NCBI GenBank assembly: GCA_054661495.1
Contig: BAAFSQ010000022.1
Span: 42,378-74,377 of the forward strand
Reading direction: 5' to 3'
From: Zygophlyctis sp. KS116
Lineage: Eukaryota > Fungi > Chytridiomycota
DNA: 32,000 nucleotides
The notes beneath the pieces are model-generated. The model saw nothing but the letters and a program-made list of their open reading frames with translations. It was not told where the DNA came from and ran no database searches. The translations under genes were made by a program, and so were the position numbers. Below, one piece after another: positions 1-11,219 of this stretch (position 1 is the stretch's first letter; each line of letters opens with the position of its first letter).

Positions 1-558
1 TTCCGTAGGCAGGTAGGAAATTGTATGCTAATTCTAGGATGAATCAACAATTTGTTCCTTAATTTGTCCGAACCCCACCTGCCAACAGGTTATGCCTTAT
101 GCATCCCTGGCTTGTCAGTTAGCTGTATTTCTCCAGCAAGATGTAGGGAAATACTCTGATTCATGGAAGCTTTGTGATGACTCAGCTTGCCATATGAGAA
201 CCAAAGCCAATTCGGTCTTTGGCGTGAAATGTTTAGTGTCTGGATGCAAGGGGTCTCAAGCGCTAGAGGTACTATTTTTCTACATATTCATAATAAGTAT
301 ACCGACGTAATGCTGTGTAATCAATTATTATACATGGAAAAGCTCTTTGATTTAAATCGAGCAGTGCTTAAAGAAAAAGACGATGGTATGTTTACTTTCA
401 TCTCTGAGGATTTAGACAGCATTAAAAATGCATGTGGAAATTTCTCTTCGCAGCTTGTCCATTTGAAAGGGATAGTAGATCGTTACAAAGTTAAAAATGC
501 AAGAATGTTTGTAGATCTTAAGGATTTGTTTACTTTTACATCAAAAAATAAATCATAA
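1..558 (+). CDS. POL1: DNA polymerase alpha catalytic subunit, 3' end (C-terminal zinc-finger region); partial
   Basis: Removing introns 13-37 (25 nt) and 269-297 (29 nt) joins ORFs 92 and 187 into CPNPTCQ...CDDSACHMRTKANSVFGVKCLVSGCKGSQALEYTDVMLCNQLLYMEKLFD. This resembles the Pol1 C-terminal motif CDD..C..RT..SVFG..CL..GC.G....Y.D..LYNQLLY...LFD. Confidence 0.9.
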
Positions 559-578
559 TTTAAACATTCTTAAATACA

Positions 579-1229
579 TTATCGTAGCACAAATATCTCG
601 AAAGCTTCTTTTGAATCTATTTTACGAGTTGGAACATTTTGATGAATATGACTGATCCAAAAATAGGAAATAATAGATCCACAAAAACTAATCGCACTAG
701 AAACAAAGAAGATTATGATGAATGGAGTATAAGCTCCCCTCAAATATTTACTCATTGAAGCCTCGCAAGCATCAATAGAATCAATCTTACAGGAGAATAA
801 TTCAATCCAACTTTCACGTACGTTACCGGGTGCATTGTCCCATAATAGTCTGGCATCAGCGTCTGAACTGCGATAATGCATAACAGAAGCTATTCCAAAA
901 CCAAATTGGATTGACGCAGCAAGAACTAAAAGAACATCACCTATCCAATTGATTTTCCATGTTTCCCGATAACCTCCAAAACATAGAGCAATAGCGCTGA
1001 TTAGACCAATGCATCCAGATAGAATTATCCCTTATTATTTATAAACATAATATTTACCAATCATAATATCGTCCGGAAGCATTTCTCTTCTGATAAATAT
1101 AGAATGGCCCAGGCCTATTATATACGCCAGTAGAATGTAGCATAAGCAGATTCCTAGCATTACAAATGTACTTAGAAAATGGAACAGTTTACACTTGTCT
1201 TTTGACATTCTTAAGTAATCAACCGACAT
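579..1229 (-). CDS. four-transmembrane, tetraspanin-like membrane protein (~207 aa)
   Basis: Intron 1031-1057 (27 nt) joins ORF 1035-1229 to a continuous frame ending at 579. Three N-terminal hydrophobic helices, a Cys-containing large loop and a fourth helix give a tetraspanin-like topology. Confidence 0.55.
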
Positions 1230-1369
1230 GATTTTGATTCCTATTATAGATCCGCCAAAGATTCAACACCTCCGCTCCGGGCAAAGCAGTAAATTTTTTT
1301 TCGGATTTCCCATTACTGGGTTTCTGGATTCCAGTCAAACAAACCTCGGCCTTAACCTGCAGACTTTGG

Positions 1370-2011
1370 ATGCAGTTACCAGCTGATATTCCCTTAAATT
1401 TCAGGCAGCGATCAGTCTTTTTCTACAATCAAGCTCTAGTCAAGTATTCCAAAGATGAAGCGCATGATTCCCGTCTAAATTTGAACCAAATCGTCAATCA
1501 TTCACAATCAGTAAGAGATCAAGCGTTGGTGTTGGAGCGACTGGATTGGGATATTGGATTACAAGTTTGCTGTCTCAGTTTAGAAGTATCAATAATTCTC
1601 AATGATGATAATGCCCTGGAAGTTTTAGATTTTTATTATTTGAATCATTTGAGAACATTGAAATTGTTGAATGAAAAGGATTTGATTAAAATAGAAGCGA
1701 TTTGGCTCATGTATAAATTAGTAATTAATGGAGAATCGGGAATGATTAAATTCGGACATTTGATGGAGCTCTGGAAAATTGGAAATTCTGAAAGCAATCC
1801 AAACGATTACGATCTTGAACGAATTCAAATCAGAAGCTTGAACAATATTGGATGTTTATTAGGTAGTTTGGCATTAAATCAACTATTAGGACAAAATAAT
1901 TTTTTACATGCATCTTCCAATCATTTTCAAAGGGCATCATCAAATCCGTTCATATTATCTCCTGAAAGGGAAACCATTCAGCATAATAAGACCATACTTG
2001 ACAAGCTTTAA
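1370..2011 (+). CDS. alpha-helical/TPR-like protein, weakly CNOT10-like
   Basis: Intronless 213-aa ORF. The motifs FYNQALV, QVCCLSLEV and LNNIGCL...HFQRA recall CNOT10 TPR segments. The family call is tentative. Confidence 0.45.
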   Translation: MQLPADIPLNFRQRSVFFYNQALVKYSKDEAHDSRLNLNQIVNHSQSVRDQALVLERLDWDIGLQVCCLSLEVSIILNDDNALEVLDFYYLNHLRTLKLLNEKDLIKIEAIWLMYKLVINGESGMIKFGHLMELWKIGNSESNPNDYDLERIQIRSLNNIGCLLGSLALNQLLGQNNFLHASSNHFQRASSNPFILSPERETIQHNKTILDKL

Positions 2012-2018
2012 TATATTT

Positions 2019-3570
<1,552 letters not shown>

Positions 3571-3723
3571 GCCGCTCCCTGCCCTGATCAGCACTACCTA
3601 TGTTATCAACTACCCCTAAAGTTATTTACTCTGGCCTGCTAACAAAACTGACCATGCTTGGCTGATAAGAATTGTCAAAAAGTTTTAATGTAAATTAATG
3701 TAAATAAAATATATTTTGTAAAA

Positions 3724-4585
3724 CTACCAGTACTCTGCAGAATCCTCACTCCTCCAATCTTCATTAATCTGCCTGTCTCTTGAATATTTTGTATTAAATG
3801 GCATTGACCTATCCCATATTAGAGTCTGCTTCATGGAAGATGATAAATGTGAATGTACTGATTCTACTGGTTTTTCTTGTCTAGAATTACAATCTAGAGC
3901 TACTGATAATTGAGATTTCTTTACTGGAATGACAGACTCACTAATCTTTTTTCTAGGTTCTGTTAAAAGTGGAATTTTTGAAAATAACGGTGAAGGAGTC
4001 CATGACCATTCTGTAGAATAAGAAAATCCATCATCATCTTCTGAATAATCTGTTTCATCTTCTTCTACTAGTTCTCTCTTCATTTCTATAGATTCTATAG
4101 ACTCTATAGAACCAGAATCACTTAAAAAGAATGTAGCCTTTTCCTTTTCCAACTTTACTGTAGACAGATCTCTTGAAGATTCCAGCTCTATCAAGAGTTC
4201 CTGACTAACCACATGATCCAATCCAATGATATGATGAGTCTCTGAAGCCAAAAGAAAGTTTCCATTGATACTATTAATGTCATTTTCCTTTCTATTCTCA
4301 TACATTGGAGTAGAGAGTACTTTAGAGAATGATGTAGACATTGGAGATGAATTCTTTTCTTGACAAGGGACAGGGAAATGAGTAGATCTGTACCATAGTC
4401 TCCAAGAAATGTTTTCCAGCCTTCTTCCATTTTCCAAATTGTCCTTGCATTTAGTAAATACTATTATTAATAAAAGTAATGATACAGTTCCAGATTGTCG
4501 ATAATTGCTTTTCATCAATGGAAGACATTTTAGACAGATTGTCTATAGCAAGAAAGAGAACTGGTTGTTCGGAAAGCGTCGACAT
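3724..4585 (-). CDS. DUF1752-domain fungal protein
   Basis: ATG at 4585 plus intron 4461-4485 (25 nt) gives IWNLFTKCKDNLENGRRLENISWRLW (DUF1752 signature), followed by an acidic low-complexity tail. Confidence 0.85.
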
Positions 4586-4615
4586 TTTTTAGATTTTTTT
4601 GCGTCGTCTGACATT

Positions 4616-4647
4616 TCACGTGGCAATCACATTTTCAAATCACGTGA
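4616..4647. promoter_or_regulatory. paired E-boxes (TCACGTG x2) in a divergent promoter
   Basis: TCACGTG at 4616-4622 and TCACGTGA at 4640-4647, 24 bp apart, lie in the 147-bp spacer between the DUF1752 gene and TRS20. This is the bHLH (Cbf1-type) consensus. Confidence 0.5.
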
Positions 4648-4732
4648 ATTTGATCTTTTGATCGAGAATATTTCTACAGCCTCTTAAAGAACCTCTACTA
4701 TTAAAAACCTACAGCCTAGAACCTATTAAAGA

Positions 4733-5134
4733 ATGTTTCTCGCCATTGTCGGAAGCAATGACTCTCCTCTCTACCAATTAGTACAATCCTCACAGTTGGA
4801 CTTGCATCTCTGCCAATTTATATGCTATGCAAGTCTAGATTCTATAAGCATTGGTAGTATATATCAGAAACAAATTGACAAGTTCAAGGATGTGTTTGTC
4901 TCTGCATACGTGACATTTTCAGGTATTTTAGAAATTGTAAAGATAGGAACGAAATTTGTATATTTGCATTCAGTGTCAGCGTCTGCAAATTCAGAAAATA
5001 TAAAGAGTTTCTTTATAGATCTTCATGAATTGTACGTCAAAATACTCTTGAATCCGCTATACACACTGAATTCTAGGATAGATTCTAGTGATTTTGATGC
5101 TAAAGTTGGGAATTTGGCTAAAAAGTGGTTGTAA
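4733..5134 (+). CDS. TRS20: TRAPP complex sedlin-family subunit (Trs20/TRAPPC2)
   Basis: Motifs AIVGSNDSPLY, QFICYASLD, IDKF...VSAYVT, FFIDLHELYVKILLNPLY and FDAKV..LAKKWL. Probable in-frame 24-nt intron at 4923-4946. Confidence 0.85.
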   Translation: MFLAIVGSNDSPLYQLVQSSQLDLHLCQFICYASLDSISIGSIYQKQIDKFKDVFVSAYVTFSGILEIVKIGTKFVYLHSVSASANSENIKSFFIDLHELYVKILLNPLYTLNSRIDSSDFDAKVGNLAKKWL

Positions 5135-5235
5135 AATTGTTTTTATTATGTAATTGCGTCCAGAATTTAAAAAAGTATATAATTTAATTATGCTCTGGAA
5201 AAAGATTAAAAACTTTTACAACAATTTTTGCCAAA

Positions 5236-6422
5236 TTATCTTAATCTAACCAAATACACTCCTTGCCTTTTATCAGCCATAGATCCGATACTCCAAGTTA
5301 CTCCACGTGAATTTAAAAAGCTTTCAACACTAGGACATAAAGAGGAATAGGATTTACGAGAGTGATTTCCTGTGCCTGTTATCAGAGTCAGGTTTGAATT
5401 TGGGCTTTGGGAAAATACTAGAGATAAAATAGAAGAAATTTCTTGAGGGTGGAGACCATGAAGATCAATAATTCCATTGGTTTTCCAGTCTGGATTCCTT
5501 TCAGAAAATAATTTTACGGCAGCAGATGCATGCAGATTTTGTAACTGAGAATTTAAAGATTGGGCTTGAGAAGAATAGGCTTTAGCAGCAGCCTTATTCC
5601 CTGATAAATAACATTCAGTTGCTCTATTACTTTTAAAAAGAGATTTTACCTTTGAAACAGCTTGTTTCTTTCTAAAGCTACTTGGATAGCAGTTTCACGA
5701 TGTTTAAAGTATGAAGTTGCCAAAGTATCCCCTGTACTTACCCAGGGAATATCTACTAGAATCTGAGAAGACTTTAAAGGTCTTGTCGGGGTAACAGATT
5801 CAAGTTTAACATCTTTCCTATCTGTTCTTTTCACTACTTGACCATAATTTGGAGTATTAAAATTAAATAGAGTAGAATCTGAGGTTTGGCCTAATGTAGG
5901 AAATTCAAGAGAATTGAAAACAACATTGTTTGTTTTTATATCATTCTTAACGGTTGGAGCTTTATCGTTTGAGACAGAGTTCAGCTTATCATAGACTTGA
6001 TCTCCATGCATAAATTGACAAGAATCCCCTCGATTACATGATCCCATAAGCCAATATTTACAAACTTTAGCATCTAAATCATGCGAAAACCAACAGTCCT
6101 TTCTATAACATCCGCCTGATAAAAAGTGGCGACAAACTTGCTTCTTCTTTACAGCATCTTCATGATACATTTGATTAGTAGCGGCTTCAAGATCATAGCC
6201 ATGATCAGCTAATAGCTTTTCAATATCATCGGAAGACATTTGAGGGAAAAGATTAGATAGCATTTGAACTGGAGAGTAAAAGTCTATAGAGTTTATTTGA
6301 TCATCTTGATCATTGGTCGGATCATTTGATTCATTAAGTAAATCTCTAGTCCAATCATCGATTCTTGAATAGTCTTCTGCTTCGGGTGCTGCAAGTGGTT
6401 CAAAACCAGGCGGAAAACTCAT
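5236..6422 (-). CDS. CUE + tandem CCCH zinc finger + DUF1771 + Smr-domain protein (putative RNA quality-control nuclease)
   Basis: CUE-like LSNLFPQMSSDDIEKLL and two CCCH fingers. After intron 5624-5649 (26 nt), an exon missed by the ORF track encodes a DUF1771-like helix and the Smr motifs IDLHGLH and LITGTGNHS. Stop at 5236-5238. Confidence 0.85.
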
Positions 6423-8083
6423 TTCAGGTCCAAAATAGCCTGGCCCTTGTCGTCAGATTCAATTTTGGCTGTCCTTGATCCAAATTGAATGGCTCTTTTA
6501 GGCTCGCTAGATACCCCAGTACATTTCAGTTCATGATGACACAGCAGCCTAAGTAATAATTTATCTCCCATTCCTTTAGGATATCTAAGATCCATCTTAA
6601 TAAATATGGGGATTTCAGAAACTGTTTTCAACAAGTTTTCATCGAGAAACGGAAATCTGACTTCTTTTCCATGGTCAGAAATGATTCGATCATCTCTTCC
6701 AAGATTTCTTGTTGAAATTCTATCCATATCCAATTGTATTTCTTGTAAAAGTCCTTCCCAACCATGATTTGAGAATGATGATGAATGTCGAGAGTATCCC
6801 CCAAATAATTCATCTGCACCAAGCCCACTCAGTAGAACCTTTGCGGTAGTTTTATACGGTTTAGAATTCAAATATCCTATACATAAACTTAAAAATCTTA
6901 CCAATACCGGAACTTGCAAACCATAAAGCCATAGCTATGCTTAAATCCATGACTGATGAACATGGGTACATGAGTTTTAAAACTCTTGGTTTAGCTTCAA
7001 TATATTCCTTGAACGGAACGTTAATTTCAATAAAATTCCAAATTCTATCAGGAAATCTAAAAGACAATTCTTGATGAGAACGCCTTCCAGTTATCCTATC
7101 AGGAACATCAAAAGATGAATTGGATTTTCTTGGATTTTCAAAAGCTACATTTAACAAATCAATCGGCTCATCCCGATTTAAAATAGCATGAGAAATTCCT
7201 GCAATTATAGTACAGTCTAATCCTCCAGAAAACAATATAGCTAATCTAGGTCTACTTTGATTGCCGAGACTTTGAATACAGGAAATTCGTGATTTTAAAG
7301 AAGCATAAAGAACCTCGTACAAAGATCTTATAGCTTGATGATATTGATTTGTAATGTTAAAATCGTAAAGATTTGATTTGGGAGTATAATCCTCTAGAGG
7401 CAATTCAAGATTTAATCTTGGTATACCCTTTTTATCTAAATCACTCCACAAGACATGCTTGGAATCCAAGTCTAAACTTTGATCTAAATAGTATAGACCA
7501 GTCGTAGAGACCTCTTCCCATTCATCGTCTCCTAGAAAATCCTAAATTTAAATTTAGAAATTAAAAATACTGTTGCAACTGATGCCAAAACTATAGAGTC
7601 TTTTGACTTCAACTTGAGAAGGGATCTCCTACCTAAAAAGTCCCTACCATAATATAACCTTTGTAATGATTTTTTCCAATATACAAATGCAAAAGGACCA
7701 GTAATGCCAGATATGATTTTTAATATTCCTTCATGAGACTGTTCCTCATTCAATAATTTTGATAGAAACTCTGTATCATTTCCCATTCCCAACTGATTGT
7801 AGAACTCTCCGCCAAATATTTCCCCATTAAACAGTAACAAGTTGCCATTAATTTCAGTGGGCTGGATAACTTTATCTCCTCTTAAATGCAAAACCCATCC
7901 ATGCATTATGATTTGCAGAGTTTGAGTTTGGAAAGTCTTGATAGAGTAAGCGTCGGGACCTATATTTACTGATAGTCAATTACCTCTATTCTTGTTTAAT
8001 GAATCTTGTAATGCCGAAAGCTTCTGATTCGGACTAATGCAATCGCTTGATACTGTACTAACACAGACTGCTAATCCGCACAT
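6419..8083 (-). CDS. ASNSD1: asparagine synthetase domain-containing protein 1
   Basis: Starts MCG at 8083. Introns 7960-7983, 7542-7570 and 6877-6901 give RGPD, LHLRG, FNGEIF, GRDFLGRRSLL, LFSGGLDC, LLNVAFEN, VPDRITG, GLGADELFGGYSRH, RNLGRDDR and KRAIQFGSR. Confidence 0.93.
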
Positions 8084-8094
8084 TCAAATTTGAA

Positions 8095-9060
8095 ATGGTA
8101 AAAGAAATTTCTGTTCAGGAAGCTGCTCTCTATGATCGTCAAATTAGACTATGGGGAATGGATGCTCAGGCTAGAATGCGATCAACGCATGTCTTGGTTG
8201 TTGGGATGAATGGCCTCGCAAACGAAGTTGTAAAGAATATCGTTTTGGCAGGGATTGGAAGATTGACTATTCTATCAAATGATCTAGTAGGAGAAACCGG
8301 ATGTCAGTTTTTTAGTAGAAAGGAGGATGTTGGATTCAAGCTTGATAATGCATTACCTAGAATTCAGGCATTAAATCCAACAGTGCAAGTAGAAATTGAT
8401 ACAAGATTCTGGAGAGATTTAGAGGATGATTACTTAAAGAAATTTCAGCTGATAGTTTTATGTAGCGGGGATCAAAATGATTTAGCTAGGATGAATGATT
8501 TTTGTTCAAGGCTAAAGATAAAGTTTCTAGCGAGTAGATTAGATGGGTTTTATGGTTTTATTTTTTCAGATTTAGGAACTGGATTCAAGTTTAAAAGGTA
8601 ATAAATATAAAGTTTTGAATCTAGGCAAGCAGATACAGATTGGAAAACAGTAGATTTTGTTTCATGGAATGTTGCCACTAGACACACTTGGGATTCTCGT
8701 GGTTTGGCGGGAAAAGCAGAAAGAAAGTTTAAGAGGAGTGTTTCTCACGTATACTTTTTATATGCTATACTATGGAAATGTTCTGAATGCAAAATTAGTT
8801 TCAAAGATTTTGATGCAGTTTTAAAAGTGAAAACTGATCTTTTGGCCGAAATGGGAGTTTATGACGCTTTTATTTCAAGTGATCTAATTCAAGACTTTCT
8901 TGGGATGATTGGAACAGAGATTGCTCCATCGGCAGCAATATTGGGTGGTGTATTAGCTCAAGAGATTTTAAAGATTATTTCAGAAAATGAAATGCCCATC
9001 TATAATTACTTTGGATTTGATGCACAAGAGCCCAGTGGAATAATTATGTCTCTAAAATAA
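8095..9060 (+). CDS. AOS1: SUMO-activating enzyme subunit 1 (Aos1/SAE1)
   Basis: EAALYDRQIRLWGMDAQARMR, NEVVKNIVLAGIG, LNP.V and APSAAILGGVLAQEILK. Intron 8598-8624 (27 nt). Confidence 0.9.
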
Positions 9061-9108
9061 TATTTACGATTTACAGATTTTAATCGATAGATATTTCCGA
9101 ATTTGAGA

Positions 9109-11211
9109 ATGACAGAGGATAATCAGGAATTGAAATCTGACTGCAAGAAAAGACGTGCTCATGACATAGTTTGGCTAATATTGTTTATCCTCGTTCAGTT
9201 TGGAATGATTGTCTTGGTTATCTTTTCAACCAAATATGGGAGCGTTGATCGGTAGGATGCATTCAAAATTCTAAATCAAGGTTGAGATATGGAAGGGACT
9301 CTCTAGGGAATTATTGTGGGACTCAAGTTGGCAGAGATTCTGAAAGAGATTTGGTTGATTCGCGTTATCTCTACTATTTCGACTATTTAAATACTTCAAG
9401 TTATAAACGATGTTTGACTAGCTGTCCTACATCATCATCTTTAGTTTGCAAATACGATGTTGAGCCTATGAATGCATCTAATGTAATAGCAATAGTAAGC
9501 AACGCGAAGCCGATGCAATTAGTCACTAATGATTGTATTGCGGGAATTCCCAGTAAATCAATCGCATATAGATGCATTCCTCAAGCATTATTTGATGCTG
9601 TGTTGGATTCTGGATCTTTGAATGGAACCAATTCTACAGTAAAACAATTGACATCTACACTGACGGCTGAACTAAATTCAAGAACTTTAGCACAGACAAT
9701 ATTTCAAGATTTATATCCATTTTGGTGGATAATATTGGCATCGCTAGGAATCTCTTTGGTTTTAAGTATAATTTGGCTTCTTTCTCTTCGAATTACTGGA
9801 TCATTATTTATTTGGACAACTTTGGGGCTATTAATATTAGTCGTCAATGCTCTGGCGGCTTTTCTAATTTATAATTACGTGCAGATAAAGGTTTTCAATC
9901 AGGAATTATACAAGACAGGATTTGAAAGAATAGATAACAGTCTCATGAATGAAAATCTACTTTTGGCATTATCTATTGTTGCAGTGTTGATCGTTCTGAT
10001 ATTTATAACTTTGGTTTGCTGTAGCTTTAGAAGTCTCAAGATTGGAATAGCATTATTGAACGAAACAACCAAAGTCTTTAAAGCAATGCCTCTAATGACT
10101 TTCTATCCAATCATAAAATACGTGATAATTTTGGGAGCATCAGCACTCTATCTATATACTGTTGCTCTTCTATCTACTTCGGGGGAAATGATTACTGAAC
10201 AGCTAAATTCTGAAGGGGCTAATCAATCATCAGCATTAAGCAATACAACTGCAACTTCTATTCTTAAATTCGAACCTAATGTGTATCATATAATATTGTA
10301 TTTTACTATTTAGATCATATCAGTATTTAATCATTTATGCGACTTTTTGGTATTTATGGTTTGTAGGATTTATAGCTGCTGCTACTCATTGTGTAATTGC
10401 AGGTGCTGTTGGCACATGGTAAGTTAAATCTATAAACAGTAGGTATTGGACTTATGATAAAAAATCACTACCAAAAAATCAAATCTCTAGATCATTAGGT
10501 AGACTATTGTACTATCATTTGGGATCTATAGCTTTGGGTTCTCTACTAATTGCACTTTTCCAGATGCTTAGAATAGTTTTAACATATTTGTACAACAAAG
10601 CCAAAGCTTCAACCAATAAAGTTTTGCAGTATGTTTTAGCTTGTGTATTATGTTGCACTACTCTCATTCAAAACGTTTTAAGTCTTATTAACAAAAATGC
10701 ATATATAGAGGTAGTTGTTTTACGTTAATATACAGATTGCTGTGTATGGCTATTCTTTCTGTAAAGGCGCAAAGATCGCATCTTCAACTTTATCTCGAAA
10801 TGCAATTCAATTCATTGCTATTTCATGGATCTCTGGGTTTCTATCACTTTGTGGAAAGTTTTTAATTTCCTGCCTTACATGTATTGCGGCTATTGTAATG
10901 TTTAATCATTTTGTGGGAATGGATGCTATTTCATCTAATTTTGCTGTTTTGATAGTCGTAAGTCTATTTTGGAATTCTCATGTAATTAGATTGTATTTAT
11001 CATGTCGTACTTTGTTTCGGACATTTTCATGACCGTTTTTGAATCAACCGTCTCAACTGTCTTCCTTTGTTTCTGCGAAGATCTAGAAAAAAACAACGGC
11101 ACCACTTCCCCATACTATATGTCTGATTCTCTAAAAGCACTGTTGCATCATCGTTCTGCAGCTTTTGTTGGGGACCAACACAGAAAAGAAAAGTCCGACG
11201 GCGGTTTTTAA
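9109..11211 (+). CDS. choline transporter-like protein (SLC44/CTL family)
   Basis: RRAHDIVWLILF, DRLRYGRDSLGNYCG, IAGAVGTWYW, YHLGSIALGSLLI, INKNAYIEIAVYGYSFCKGA and VFLCFCED. Introns 9252-9280, 10283-10313, 10419-10442, 10711-10735 and 10958-10989. Confidence 0.9.
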
Positions 11212-11219
11212 GAAATTAA

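Noticed and set aside
3626-3655. 9-codon uORF (MVSFVSRPE) and a possible 5' UTR intron upstream of CBK1
   Set aside because: It cannot be spliced into the kinase frame, may lie upstream of the TSS, and such short ORFs are expected by chance.
7542-7557. 16-bp palindrome CTAAATTTAAATTTAG at an ASNSD1 intron 3' end
   Set aside because: It is almost pure A/T in a normal-length intron and is likely chance.
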